The notes: a model not told the origin generated them from the sequence alone. Positions 14,062-29,490 are shown, counted from the first letter of the stretch. The stretch is DNA of 64,000 nt from Eledone cirrhosa (GCA_964016885.1 OZ024740.1:162688001-162752000), one strand, 5' to 3'. Translations and numbers: made by a program.

Positions 14062-14247
14062 AAGGTTTTTGGGGATGGGAAAGTCGATTAAATCGACCCC
14101 AGTACGTGACTGGTACTTTATTTTATCGACACTGTAAGGATGAAAGGCAAAGCTAACCTCGGCAGGATTTGAACTGAGACCATAAAGGGCCGTAACTCTA
14201 TGTTGCAAAGCATGGCGTCCGGCCCTCTACCGATACTGCCAATTCAG
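14062..14247 (-). mobile_element. tRNA-derived SINE (same family as 29268-29490)
   Basis: Reverse-complement match to the copy at 29268-29490, including the B-box and core. Confidence 0.85.
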
Positions 14248-14661
14248 TATAATAACACTGATTAATTAAAGTTACGACTAATTTTAATAAAACTATATAG
14301 TATGTTAAGAAAAAACAATATAAAAATTTTGGAAGCTTAAATTAATAGTAATTGTTTCTACTTTTTGCACAAGGCCAGCAATATCCCAGTGCATTACTGG
14401 TACTTTATTAATAATAATAATAATGTATGATTTCTAATTACTAAGAACTATTGACCATTTTTAGTATTGTGTACGTATCAATACACGTATCTATACATAC
14501 ACACACGCACACGCACACGTATGTGTGGGTATATGTGTGCCCATACACATACACACGTATATATGTGTCCATACATATGTGTGCATATGTGCATGCAGAT
14601 GCATGTGTACATGCATACATATATGTATATTATATTATTTTAATAATGTCATACTATTTAC

Positions 14662-15225
14662 TTATGCTTTGAGGAAACCATCCACATTTTGTTCGCCAAG
14701 GAACGACTACTAAATAAAAAGGATGAACTCGTGACTTCGTGCAAACACCGGACTTACAAAACATACCTCAACTCCAGACCTTCTCACGATTCAGGAGAGG
14801 AAGATCATTCCCCAACATTCATTGTGTACACCCACACTGGCATATACACTCCTAGGTACATATAGTACATTTTCAGACACAAGTAGGCCTCTACACCGCG
14901 AGATTCACCCCTAGGCCCACACACTACATACGGACACTCAAATATGACTCTATCGAAAACTCACCAACAGACTCCATAATACCACACCCAGAGCCAGCAC
15001 CCAGAAAGACACCTAGACCAAGCGCTTACATAAGCACCTGTGTAGACAGGGCCATGTATATATACACATGCCATCATACGACACCATATAAATTAATGTA
15101 TATTTACCTGCGCACAAGCAACCCGTATACACCAACTCAAGACGCGCATCCAACTGTTAAACCATACAGGATAACTCCCAAATAGGTTCGCACCACAACG
15201 CCAATCAAATAGCGGCCCTATACAG
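14662..15225 (+). mobile_element. Penelope-like element (Hydra-type) endonuclease C-terminus plus 3' UTR
   Basis: LCFEETIHILFAKERLLNKKDELVTSCKHR has the LCxEE...LLN...CxH motif, followed by a CA-rich UTR. The right boundary is approximate. Confidence 0.7.
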
Positions 15226-16693
15226 ATATTATTGACGCTCTGGACAAAGTTTACTGAGCTTTGTACAGAGAAACATTATCGATATATATTTTAAAATTAG
15301 CTTATTTTTACTCATAATTTCTCTAAATTAGTTTAAGTTGTCTAAAATGGATTGATATGGAGCTCTTTCTAGCACTCCTTAAGACATATCCTGTTTTATC
15401 TACCCTTCTATAAGCGTTATTGTAACACCATGTGGAGATTATTTAAAACAAATCTTCCAAGGTTAGATGACTAGTATCTTAATGCAACATATATATATAG
15501 CAAAGACCTAGACATGCTGATGAAAAGAATCATGGTCTTAAGATGTTTACCAAAATCGATAATTGGTGATTAATACTGTGATCGAAGATTAACATTCCGT
15601 TTTCTGACTTTCAATGTAAATACAGCACAATTTTAACACCCAAGAATATGTATTTAAATTTGTATTTAAATCTACATATTATTTGCTTATATATATGTGT
15701 ACAAAATACTAGTTGGCTTCTCAATTGATATATTCAGGTATATATCGTTTACTTATATTATAGATGCTCTAGACAGAAGTTTATTGAGCTTTGTACTGAG
15801 AAACATTATCGATATATATTTTATACTTATTAATCAAACCTAAAATTAGCTTATATATATGAAAGAGAAGGAGGAGGGGTGGCAGTAACAACGGAGGGAT
15901 ATGCCGGATGTACCTGATGGAGAGAGTATCTAAAATACTACTTCAAAAAAGCAGAGTTGCACCAGAAATTCCTATTTATCTTTCAGGGAATTTTCTACTT
16001 TCTAGTTTACTAAATAGGTAGTGGAGAAATGTTCCTATGATAGACTAGCTTCCTATCCACAAAGGAAAATTGCCATGAATCTACATTAATTATTCGGAAA
16101 ATCATATCATGCTTTGTACTACTTCTTTTATTATTGTTTCGAAACATACATTTATTTAACCAGCGTGGGGTAGGTTATTTTTTCATTTACTTTCACATAA
16201 CTTTCACAGTATGTTTCAAAGCTACTACGAAAAAAGACGTTGAAATGATATGCAACTGAAGAAAATTTCTCTATTTGTTTTATATAAGTTTTCAAATGTG
16301 ATATTTATAGCAAAAAAACAATAATACATTCCACTGAAGTGTAAATTATTTTTTAGCTTAATTTTGCTTTCTTTTTTTTGTATTCTGTATAAATAAGTAT
16401 GAAATTTATTTGCACAGAAAGACCAAGTAAAAAACAACGTCAATTAAAAGAAATATTTTAAACAGTTAAGGTTTGATAGGCAGGCCGACTTGTCACAAAC
16501 GAACGCCCAACGTAACCGGAACTTCACACTATGTAAGCGGATGTTTAACAAATTGATATGGCTTCAACTAACATTTAAATAATACATAAATCATCTATAA
16601 ATATAGTTTGTATTTATGTATAAATACGTATATGTGTGTGAATGAAATGAATGAAATTACTGAAGATATATAGATATATATGCGTGTATAAAA

Positions 16694-16797
<104 letters not shown>

Positions 16798-17112
16798 GTA
16801 TGTTTGTATATATGTATGCATGTATGTATGCATGTATGTATGTATGCATGTATGTATGTATGCATGTACGTATGTATGTATATATGTATGCATGTACGTA
16901 TGTATGCATGAATGTATGTATGTACTAACGCGAACTCGCTATCTTACAGAAAGCGTATTTGTCTTATTACAGAGACATATCTATATACAGACAGACAGAT
17001 AGAAGAGAGACAGACAGACAGACGGACAAACACACGCACAAACACACGCACACACATACATACATACATACATACATACATACATACATACATACATACA
17101 TACATACATACA

Positions 17113-17142
<30 letters not shown>

Positions 17143-17143
<1 letters not shown>

Positions 17144-17545
17144 GTATGGGTATGTTAGTAACTGCCTCAATACAAATCTTGAGAAGCTAGGCTTCACAGG
17201 AACAGAAAGAACACAACTAGTTAGGAAATTACAAGTACAATCCATTAATGGAACAGTAAAAAGATGTAAAACATTCCAAAAATTTTGCATCTAATAACTG
17301 CATATACACATGTACAGATACAAAGCATATACACATGCACACACACAACTCAAAACATCCACATCCACACATACAATAACATCCATATCTACACATGCAT
17401 GCATACATACATATATACCTAGTTGATGATGTGTACATTCCAATGAGAGAGTCTTGTGTCTATGTTAGAAACCGACTCTCTCTCTCTCTCTATTGGGAAA
17501 AGATTTGTGAAATTAGAAAACCAGAAGAATATACTTACATACATA
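17143..17545 (+). mobile_element. R4/Dong-type non-LTR retrotransposon 3' end inserted in (CATA)n
   Basis: GYVSNCLNTNLEKLGF...LVRKLQVQSINGTVKRCKTFQKF*. Near-identical to 25637-26048, preceded by (CATA)n and ending CCAGAAGAA plus a CATA-like tail. Confidence 0.8.
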
Positions 17546-17744
17546 TATACATAGAGAGAGAGAGATGTGGTAGATAGATAGACGGTAGAAAACCAGAAAA
17601 GCAGATAAAAAGACAGAAAGATAGAACTACATATGGATACTTTATCATAATTGAAATTCACATACGCGGAAAATATATCAGCAAAATATATATTTTAACG
17701 AATGTATTTAAGAAACAAAATGAGGTAGAGGCAGTAAAATATGA

Positions 17745-17861
17745 TAATTGTTTCTACTTTTGGTACAAGCCAGCAATTATTAAGTACATTACTGGTACTT
17801 TATTTTATCGATCCAGTAAAGATGAAAGGCAAAGTTAACCTCGGCGGGATTTGAACTCAGA
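17745..17861 (-). mobile_element. SINE fragment (same family)
   Basis: Contains CTGGTACTTTATTTTATCGA...GATGAAAGGCAAAGTTAACCTCGGCGGGATTTGAACTC. Confidence 0.8.
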
Positions 17862-17952
17862 TCGAGGTTAACTGTATCTTATAAACTCGTATAAGAACCT
17901 GAAGAGAGTTCACATATTTGATGCCCCTTGTATTCTGGAGATATGGTAAATA

Positions 17953-18220
17953 TGGAAGTGCGTGGCCTAGTGGTAAGTGTGTTTGACTTATGATCATAGC
18001 GTGGGTTCAATTGTGTTCTTGAGCAAAACATTTCATTTCATGTTGTTCCAGTATACTCAACTGAAAAAAAGTACCAACAATAGCTGGGAGTTTAACCCTA
18101 CGATGTACTAGCGTCTTGTCCAGTGGGGAGTGTTTTACTCTCAGTCAATTAATGCCATGGAAACCGGAATAGGCACCAGCCTGATGAGCCTCTGGGCTTG
18201 AGACAAACTTTAGACTTTAG
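17953..18220 (+). mobile_element. Second tRNA-derived SINE family
   Basis: A-box GTGGCCTAGTGG, B-box-like GGGTTCAATT, then TGTGTTCTTGAGCAAAACATTTCATTTCA and a short ACTTT-repeat tail. Confidence 0.65.
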
Positions 18221-18288
18221 ATGGTAAATGTTGGGCGTTGAAACCTTGGGTAGCGCTTTTCCGTGTACGAACATAAAGAAATAATATA

Positions 18289-18379
<91 letters not shown>

Positions 18380-18386
18380 AAGGCCT

Positions 18387-18446
<60 letters not shown>

Positions 18447-18449
<3 letters not shown>

Positions 18450-19017
18450 GAGGCCTTTGACACCATCCTCCAGAACATCCCTGTGTTGAAAAAGGACCAT
18501 AGAATGAACCAAATCCTACGAACACACGATATCATAAAGAGCAAAAGACAATCTAAGTCAATGAAAAACATCCTAACACATGCCAAAGTACAACAACGAC
18601 GAAACCCACAGTAAAAAAATGCGATAGACCCAACTGTGGCATATGCATCAACCTAATAGAGGGTTCGGAATTCTATTTCAAAGAAGGACAACGTTTTATA
18701 GTAAAACACAATTTCACATGCGCATCAGAAAATCTAATATATGTATTAACTTGCTCAGGTTGTCGAGAACAATATATAGGCCAGACCAAAAACAGCCTCC
18801 GCCAACGCATGACTGTCCATAGATCCCAAATTAAAATACGGGAATACAGGAAAATACCACTGAGTGAACACATTGATACCTGTGCCGCCCAAAATCATCC
18901 CAACTTCAGAATCTTCCCCTCTACAAATTTAAAGATAATGCCACCCACACCCAGCGCAACAGCAAGGAATCTCACTTTATTAACAAATACGGACCCCGTC
19001 TAAACACTTCTCCCTAA
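18447..19017 (+). pseudogene. Penelope-like element (Naiad-type) Zn-finger plus GIY-YIG endonuclease, 5'-truncated at (TA)n and frameshifted
   Basis: [17 protein letters not shown] / [15 protein letters not shown]...FTCASENLIYVLTCSGCREQYIGQTKNSLRQRMTVHRSQI...PLSEHIDTCA...FRIFP / ...RNSKESHFINKYGPRLN. It shows LIY-YIG, RxxxH and CxxC motifs. The clade call is from motif recall. Confidence 0.9.
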
Positions 19018-19676
19018 GACGAACCCACAACATACACACGTCAACATACATACCTACATCAGCATACATCTCTATCCACATATAAACACAATGACATACG
19101 TAAACACACATGTTCTATGGTGCAACACAAATATACACAAATTTGCATACCTTTTGATATCTATAGATATAAACGTACCGACACACACACATACATAAAC
19201 GCACACATGCATAGCACACTGATGGGCACATACATATTTGTACACAAGTATTCCAATACGGCAAGGCCTAATGGATTCCCCTTGCAGTACGTACAATCTG
19301 GACACTCACACACACCTTGTTCTTATGCCAATACTATATATCATTTCACACCTTTTATTATTAAGGATTTTGATGTTCTATTGGGAGAATCGTTTTAACT
19401 GAAAATATCGAATAATGTACACCATTTTTACCAGTATCACAAAAATACTGGTCCACCCACACACACACACACATATTCTCACACACACACACACATATAT
19501 ACACACACATACACACGCATACATTAAATACAAAGAGACATATACACACACACACACACATACACACTTCTCCGTATAAGACAAGAGCTGAAAAATATAT
19601 TTTAACATGTTAAAATATGCCCCACACACGTACAGACACATTCCTACTGACCATCCCTCTGCCACGAATTACTCTG

Positions 19677-19738
<62 letters not shown>

Positions 19739-20261
19739 TTCTTAATAGGCAATTGAACTGTCAACAGGCTGCGGTTCGCACACACATCCCTGCTGACCAT
19801 TATCACAACAACGAACCTCTTTACTACTACTACTACTACTACACACACACACACATATTTGTTTTGAAAGACTTATTTTTCAGTGACTTCTCAATCAGCC
19901 GACACAAACCTACATTTGGCGCAAAATCAATTTTTAACATTCACATAACCTCTACCGACCAATCAAAATTGTTTTGACCACAAGAATTTTTGCAACACGA
20001 ATTGGCGCGAAACTTATTTTAATACATCTGGAGCCACTTTTTTCACATAAAAACAGGTAGAATTTCCAAAACTAATCAGATTAGAGCAAACATCACAGGC
20101 GCTCTATCTCAAAATTATTTTTGAAAAGCATTAGAACTGCGCAACCAGTAAAACTTAAAACCAAAACTGAATACTAACCAATACTATTACTAATTCTCAC
20201 TTATTCCTAATTAAACTATTTTTCACTGGGAACAATTTGTCAGCATTTTCTTTTCCGTTTA

Positions 20262-20342
<81 letters not shown>

Positions 20343-20464
20343 TTCAAGAGCAAACCAATCTTAAATAGAGAGATGGAGATAGGAGAGGAGAGATTGGTGA
20401 AGGTATTAGAAGCCAAAATAATCGATTGATCCAGAAACATTATATGGAGTAGTGAAACAATTGT

Positions 20465-20542
<78 letters not shown>

Positions 20543-20699
20543 TGCGGTGCTGAGACCGGGGAGACCACTAATCAAAGTTCGGTGGGCTTAGTACTGAAGC
20601 GCCACTATTCAGGTGTAGGGCCAGAAAGGACTGCACAGGCAAGAGCGAGGATACTCACAATTCTCTGGCTGTCGGAATGTGCTATAGAATGTCTTAAGA

Positions 20700-21130
20700 A
20701 AATTTGCCTTAGACGGAAAGAAAGATTTCTGTGAATATTTCAATTTAACGCGCCAAACAGAGAATTTGAATACAGATCACTCCTGGACGAAGTCACTTCA
20801 ATGTTAGATGTAACTAAGAAAGTCATATATTCTAATGGAAAACCACAATGCACAAGTTGGCATTGACTACTACCTAATATGGAAACAAATAATTGGAAGG
20901 AACAACAACCCCGATTTAAATGCAAACGGCGAACCCTTATTAGACGTTTGTTCTATTAATGGTGTCTCTCGTATGGACAACTTCTTCCAGCACAAAGATA
21001 TCCATAAGTATACATGGTATAAGGGAAATCGAGTACAGAGCTAAATAATTGGTATTTATTGTCTCTGATCTTTTCGATTCTGTGCTAGATGTTTGAGATG
21101 AGAGGATGGGGGCTGAGCTGTTAACTATTG
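20700..21130 (+). mobile_element. RTE-type LINE apurinic-endonuclease fragment (degenerate)
   Basis: QFNAPNREFEYRSLLDEV / MENHNAQVG...LNANGEPLLDVCSINGVSRMDNFFQHKDIHKYTWY matches the GDxNA.VG, N.NG..LL and F.HK..H.YTW motifs. Confidence 0.75.
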
Positions 21131-21265
21131 CATCAAAATCCAGAGAACTCCCTGAATAAACTGACGACATTGAAACGGAGTTGAGACTGTTCAGTCCTCT
21201 TTGGGCTTGATATGAGTATCATTTAACTATTCGTCACATTGTGGACAGCAAGATATCGGTGCTTG

Positions 21266-21306
21266 TCAACTGATGAATGGCCAATTAACCGCGAAACATG
21301 TATACG
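21266..21306 (+). ncRNA. Degenerate hammerhead motif
   Basis: CTGATGA(21270)-atggccaattaaccgc-GAAA-CATG-TA. Stem III is palindromic and stem I is poor. Confidence 0.4.
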
Positions 21307-21436
21307 CAATATCCTGTGCTTTTCTGTGTACAAAGAGAGTAACAGAATGATCACATTTAATTAAATTTTCACAGTAGGGCTTATAAATTGCTGTTATACC
21401 AACATTAAATTGTCGTAGAAAATATATATAGATAGG

Positions 21437-22110
21437 CATATCGAATTTTGTTTATCGTGAACTCGTGCGCCGATTTTTCGATACTCGATTATTCTACTAT
21501 ATTTAGCTCTAGACCTAGCTATTGACCAGTTAATTTTATTGTTCATTTTTTGTCGATTCTATTAAATGATGAATAGCTCCTGTTTATTTTAACATGTCTA
21601 TTGAGCACTCTTATTCGATATGTGTATTTCCACATTTTCCCGAATATTTTTCGCGGATATAGAGGTTATCTCCCTTGCTGAATTCCATGTGCGTATTTAG
21701 CCTGGGTTATGCCTTTTCATTCGTTTGGACAAAGCTCGTTGAGGAAGTAAACTCCCGTCCGCTGGCACCTAGAAGTCTTATATATTTTTATGTGAGCTGA
21801 TAGAGGACAGTTTAAGGATTTACAGAAACCCAAGAAGCTAGATTTACCATCTTTCTAGCGGGTCCGGGTATGCTTTTTACATTCATTTGATTTATTGATT
21901 TATTGATTTTTTATCTGAGTGTCCCGAATCTTCCAGATCGCAATTTTTCGGTTGTATGGTTGATTATAGACTTGTTCTATGTGTGACGGTATTTTAACGA
22001 TAGTTATAGCTCTGATTTATCTAAATTATTGAGCCCTCTGCCGCTCATATCGAATTTTGTTTATCGTGAACTCGTGCGCCGATTTTTCGATACTCGATTA
22101 TTCTACTATA
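21437..22110. repeat. ~64-bp direct repeat bracketing a ~545-bp unclassified segment
   Basis: CATATCGAATTTTGTTTATCGTGAACTCGTGCGCCGATTTTTCGATACTCGATTATTCTACTATA occurs at 21437 and 22046. Confidence 0.85.
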
Positions 22111-22332
22111 TAGATAGGCATAGATGAAAATAGGCAGTACAATTTTAGTTCATAAAAACGAGATATTTAATCATTAAAAGTACACAACAAGTTAACAGGT
22201 AGACGGTATTTTGATAATATGTCTATATGAATTAAACAACCGAGAAGAAAGGACCCTAGATATACCACATAAAGAAAATATAAATTGTGTGCGTGTACCT
22301 GTGTGTAAGTATGAAGACAAAGAGAAAGAGAG

Positions 22333-22366
<34 letters not shown>

Positions 22367-22367
22367 G

Positions 22368-22398
<31 letters not shown>

Positions 22399-22530
22399 AG
22401 AGATGGACGGAAAGATTTTCGAATAGGAAAATGTGTAAATACACACACATTCATATCCACATACTAGCATTTATATGTAAATGTTCATGCATGTATGTCT
22501 ATGTATCTATTATGTGCATATATATGTCTG

Positions 22531-22557
22531 TACGTGCATTTGTGAAAATGTTCTTAT

Positions 22558-22592
<35 letters not shown>

Positions 22593-22662
22593 GAGTGTGT
22601 GTGTGTGTATGTGTGTGTGTGTGTGTGTGTGTCTATACGTGCATTTGTGAAAATGTTCTTAT

Positions 22663-22702
<40 letters not shown>

Positions 22703-22767
22703 TGTGTGTGTGTGTATGTGTGTGTGTGTGTGTGTGTCTATACGTGCATTTGTGAAAATGTTCTTAT

Positions 22768-22804
<37 letters not shown>

Positions 22805-22872
22805 GAGTGTGTGTGTGTGTATGTGTGTGTGTGTGTGTGTGTCTATACGTGCATTTGTGAAAATGTTCTTAT

Positions 22873-22950
<78 letters not shown>
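22531..22950. repeat. Compound tandem repeat, 4 x ~105 bp (unique core plus TA plus GT tracts)
   Basis: TACGTGCATTTGTGAAAATGTTCTTATTG occurs four times. Confidence 0.9.
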
Positions 22951-22953
<3 letters not shown>

Positions 22954-23302
22954 TTGAGTGCACACGTGTAGGAGTAATGGATTTTTTATGTGTATTTATT
23001 TCATTTTTGTATTTCATTTGGACCCGACTGTGATATTTAATTTTCAAATTAAATATTAAAAGGAACGAAAGCGGTTTCACAAAATAACAAAAGCCTGTTT
23101 GATTTGATTAATTAACTCATAATAAACTAATTTATACATTACTTGCAAATAATGTTTATATCCTCTTCGTTTCTCGTGCCTTCATATAGATTATTATAGC
23201 ATATCTCCGTTTTTTTCCTTTCTAAACCTTATCTTTATAATAATTTTTACTTCCACCCTCTCTGATACACAATCTTTCTTTCTTTCTTTCTTTCACACTC
23301 CT

Positions 23303-23367
<65 letters not shown>

Positions 23368-23413
23368 TATATGTATGTATATATATATATATATATATGT
23401 ATGTATATATATA

Positions 23414-23447
<34 letters not shown>

Positions 23448-23486
23448 CACGTATATATATATATACACGTATATATATATATACAC

Positions 23487-23555
<69 letters not shown>

Positions 23556-23695
23556 CATATAGATATAGATATATACATATATGTGTGCACGCACGTGTTT
23601 TATATATAAAGACAATGAGAGAAAGGTGGGGATGCACGATGCTATTTACCTACTTACACAACTTCAACTTCACATACTCATACATTGTCACTGGG

Positions 23696-23797
<102 letters not shown>

Positions 23798-24114
23798 CTA
23801 CACACATTTACCATTACACGTCTACAAACACTTCTATCGTACATTCTCACATACATTCAAATTGTTTACCATATTAACATTTCACACTTCCCCGTGCCTC
23901 TCTAATTTTTTCTTACTTTTTACATTTTCTTGTATTTTGTTACCATTGCACTTAAAACACAAGCAAGAATAAAGTTTCTTAAAGCCAGTTTTTGGGGTCA
24001 AGTATTGGGGTCTTATTCTCATTTCCACCATTTTATTTCCTGTTTTGAATGTTTCACTAATATTGCTATTGGATGAAGTAAATCATCATGTTGGTGTGTA
24101 CGTGTGTGTGTTGC

Positions 24115-24315
<201 letters not shown>

Positions 24316-24319
24316 TATA

Positions 24320-24377
<58 letters not shown>

Positions 24378-24477
24378 CACATACATATATATATATGCAT
24401 ATATATATATATATACATATATATATATGTGTGTGTCTGTTTGAGTGTGTGTGTATGTGCTTGTGTGTGTGTGTGTA

Positions 24478-24588
<111 letters not shown>

Positions 24589-25164
24589 TATTAACTCTCA
24601 ATGCAGTGTATATTTTTTATCTGAATGATTCTACTCGACTCAATTTGACGAACACGATGCTATTGTTTATAAAATCTTGTAAACATATTTCATAACTGAA
24701 TAGAAGCGAATTTAAATTTTTAATGGAACACAATCGATTAAATATATCTAAATATTCCTTTGGTTCAAAATTGGTAACCACCAATTTTATTATATGAATG
24801 TGAGGGAGTCTTTAAATATTTCATTTCAGTCAAATTTATACATTTTGGATTCGTTAAATGCACTACAGAGACCACTATAAGATTGTCACCAAAGGGACAA
24901 CGAAGACACTTATGCTAAACATATTTACTAATCCTCACTTCAAAATGCTTCTTATATTCTTACCTTTTTCAATCATGCCGAGAGATTATGACGATGTCGC
25001 TTCCCAGTCATTATTGGATGAATGTATAGACCCGTAATTCTTTGTGGAGTTGTAGGGGCATCATCGTGGCATATGGTGTGTCTTGGACACTTTAAAGCCC
25101 GCCCCAAATCTGAACACAGCGATAGAAGAAAGGATATGAAGTGAAAAAGAGATATAATCGAGGA

Positions 25165-25300
25165 ACCGACCCGAGTACTGGGTTGATACTTCTTTTATCG
25201 ACCTCGTAAAGAGGAAGGGCAAAGTTGGCCTTAGAGGGGTCTGAATTCAGAGAGCTAAAACGAAAACCACAAAGCATTCCATCAGACATTCTAAGGATTC
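25165..25300 (-). mobile_element. Degenerate SINE
   Basis: TTTTATCGACCTCGTAAAGAGGAAGGGCAAAGTTGGCCT is a diverged core. Confidence 0.55.
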
Positions 25301-25636
25301 TGCCTATTTGCTCCCTTCCAGGCAGTTCTTGTTGTCCATTTTATATCAGTGACTTTCTCCTAGGGAAATATTTTAATGAGTCTCTCTCTCCCAGAGAAAT
25401 GTCTTAATGGCTCTCCTGAATTCCTTCACCCTTTGATGGGCTTTGTTTTTCATCCCGCAGGGTGTCCAAAATCAGTCGCCTCACCAAGCAAGCTTAATGA
25501 GGTTGGCGGTTTAGTCACCGACGACCCGACCACGCACAGGTTGTACTAGGTTACATACATACATACATACATACATACATGCATACATACATACATACAT
25601 ACATACATACATACATACATACATACATACATACAT

Positions 25637-26711
<1,075 letters not shown>

Positions 26712-26815
26712 CATCACATACATACACACATACATACATACATACATACATACATACATACATACATACATACATACATACATACATACATACATACATA
26801 CATACATACATACAT

Positions 26816-27368
26816 GGTGGCTGCCAACTCGTTTTCGAGTACGGCCACTACTTTACATCCATGTAGGAGAACCCCTACCGATACGCTAAACAAGTGTGAC
26901 TTTTTAGTCCAGCCAGCGACTTGAAAACTCTGGTACAAACACTACACCTGTGACAATTATTGACGCATATTGCTGGGCCCATGGTACCATGTGACGACAA
27001 GTGCAGAGAGATCTCCAGATATAAAGCAATGCCTGTGCCGTGAAGCTTTTATAGTGAGTAAAGGCACTGCACAAAGCCAGTCCCACTCTCTTAACCAAGA
27101 TGATATTTACCAAAAAGAAGAACAAGTCAACATCATTGGATACCATCAGAGTTGCAGGTGTTATATCAGAGTTTTCCTTCTCCTAGAATTCTGCCTTGAC
27201 AAAGGCTAAGGGGTCATCTCTCCCGGTGATTTTGGATGGCCATTGACTCTTAAGAGCTCCTTTGCCCTTTGACAGGTTTTGTTTTTAGTCCCGCAGGATG
27301 TCCAAAGTCACCCTCCTCACCAAGAAAGCTTGGTGGGGTTGCCAGTTTAGTCGCCAACGACCCGACCA
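26816..27368. mobile_element. ~605-bp element, copy 2 (truncated)
   Basis: Tandem copy about 709 bp downstream of copy 1, with a few substitutions. Confidence 0.75.
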
Positions 27369-27456
27369 CATACATACATACATACATACATACATACATA
27401 CATACATACATACATACATACATACATACATACATACATACATACATACATACATA

Positions 27457-28812
27457 CTGATTGTAAAGCGAGGAAAGTCTGCAAGCCAATTTAGCAAAAT
27501 CTTTATCAACGGCCTGACTGTTTCACCTGTATCTGACGGGGACTGCTACAGTTACTTAGAGATAGATGAAAATATATCCTATGATGGAATTTGTAACAAG
27601 GAACGAGTAACCAGGGAATATAACATCCGAATGAGAAACATATGGTCTTCTAAACTCTCTGCGCCCAATAAATCAGTAACACAGAATGCGTTTGCTGTGT
27701 CTGTGCTGACACCAACACTTGGACAACTTGATTGGATGCTAGATGAGATTCTAGCTATTTAAATTAAAATCCGAAAAATTCTAACCGCTACCGGTACCGG
27801 AAATTTCTTCATTAAGAATGACATTGACCACTTCTACCTGAAATGTAAACAGCGAGGCAGAGGCTTAACACCAGTCCAAACAGCATTTGGATGTCACCTC
27901 ATATCCCTCCAACAACATCTACGAACTATCAAGTGTAGAATCCCATCCAGAGAACAAGTGTGTCTACATGAGGCAGATAACATCATGAGAAATGGGAAGG
28001 ACCTTGGGAAATACATTTTGCATGACAATTAAAAACTACACCCAGATAAATTGCACATCCATGGATAAACAGCTGCATGCTTATTAGCAACAAATCATTC
28101 ATGTTCATGATGCCAGAAATCTTCCAAGTGATAATAATATAGATAACCAAAACAGTCTCGCTTGAACCAAAAACCGGTATATTGGCTCTCACTTTGAGGG
28201 ACATGCTTTTGGAATCCAAGAACAGGAAATAGAAATGAAATACCTAATGCACAAAGGAGATAGGAATGCAGGCAAAACACCTAGATGTGACAACAGACTG
28301 TGCAGAATAAACATCGAAGATGCCACACATATTAAAGCAGCTGTCAAAATATGTCAAGACCATACTATCTACCTATGAGACCTCATGTAACAGCCAAAAT
28401 ACTATACAATGCAATCCGTAGAAAGGATAGCCATGAGAGTATACATATAAAATGTAAGTGATGTGGAGGACGTATGCATACATACTATAAAAAGCAATAA
28501 TGGTGGAATGTTGTAGACAAAGCCCTCCTAAAATGCAAACATGACAGACCAAACAGAGTACTATAGGACAGAGAAAAGAAGGCATGCACAGTAGTGAAAG
28601 TCAGCTGCCTAGCAGATGTCAATATAATGTTAAAGATCAGAGAAAAGAAGGATATTTATGATAAATTAATGAGGAATCTGTATATACTCCACCCTGACTA
28701 TACCTTTAGATTTGTACCTGTGATCGTCGGGTTTCTGGTATATATTAGTAACTGCCTTAGTACAAATCTTGAGAAACTGCGCACTTTCGATTAGAAATTT
28801 ACAATTACAATC
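27457..28812 (+). pseudogene. R4/Dong-type non-LTR retrotransposon: RT C-terminus, CCHC finger, restriction-like endonuclease (degenerate)
   Basis: YSYLEIDEN...IWSSKLSAPNK..QNAFAVSVL...DIDHFYLKCKQRGRGL...HFEGHAFGIQEQEI...KCKHDRP...VVKVSCLADVNI..KIREKKDIYDKL...FRFVPVIVG, with frameshifts. It begins directly after (CATA)n. Confidence 0.88.
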
Positions 28813-28855
28813 AATTTAATTTATATATATATTTGTATTATATATACCACAGTTA

Positions 28856-29490
28856 AGGCGGTGGAATAGCAGAAACGTCGGACACCCTGCTTCCCGACAC
28901 AGAGTTATGGCGCTTTGCGTTCTGATTTTAACTCCCGTCGAGGTTAGCTTTGCCTTTCATCCTTACAATGTCGATAAAATAACGTACCAGTAACAATCTG
29001 GAGTCGATTTAATCGACTTTTCCCTCCCCCAAAAATTGGTTGGCCTTCTGCCTAAATCTGAAAGCATTGGTGAATTGGCAGTATCGGTAGAGGGTCGGAC
29101 GCCATGCTTTGACGCATGGAGTTACGGCCCTTGCCATTCTGAGTTCAAATCTCGCCGAGATCAACTTTGCCTTTCATCCTTACGCGGTCGATAAAATAAA
29201 GTACCAGTAATGTACTGGGTAATTGCTGGCCTTGTGCCAAAAGTAGAAACAATTATATATACACTGCAGGGCGGTGAATTGGCAGTATCGGTAGAGAGTC
29301 GGACGCCATGTTTTGCAGCATAGAGTTACACCCCTTTACAGTCTGAGTTCAAATCCCGCGGAGGTTAACTTTGCCATTCATCCTTACGGGGTCGATAAAA
29401 TAAAGTACCAGTGGCGTACTGAAGTCGATTTAATCGACTTTCCCTTCCCACCAAATGTGTTGGTCTTCTACCTAAATCTGAAAGCATTAC
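28856..29490 (+). mobile_element. Three tandem tRNA-derived SINEs (28856-29065, 29066-29253, 29269-29490)
   Basis: Each has a GGTGAATTGGCAG-type head, a B-box and the CTTTGCC.TTCATCCTTAC...GTCGATAAAATAA.GTACCAG core. Two alternative tails are present. Confidence 0.9.

Noticed and set aside
16470-16545. Promoter (ETS-like AACCGGAAC in a CpG-richer island)
   Set aside because: It is a single short motif with no associated exon evidence.
18178-18205. CTGATGA here, and at 11511, 15517 and 56876(-), as hammerheads
   Set aside because: No correctly placed GAAA...TH with a closing stem I.
29066-29160. tRNA genes
   Set aside because: The A/B boxes belong to SINE heads and no cloverleaf can be formed.
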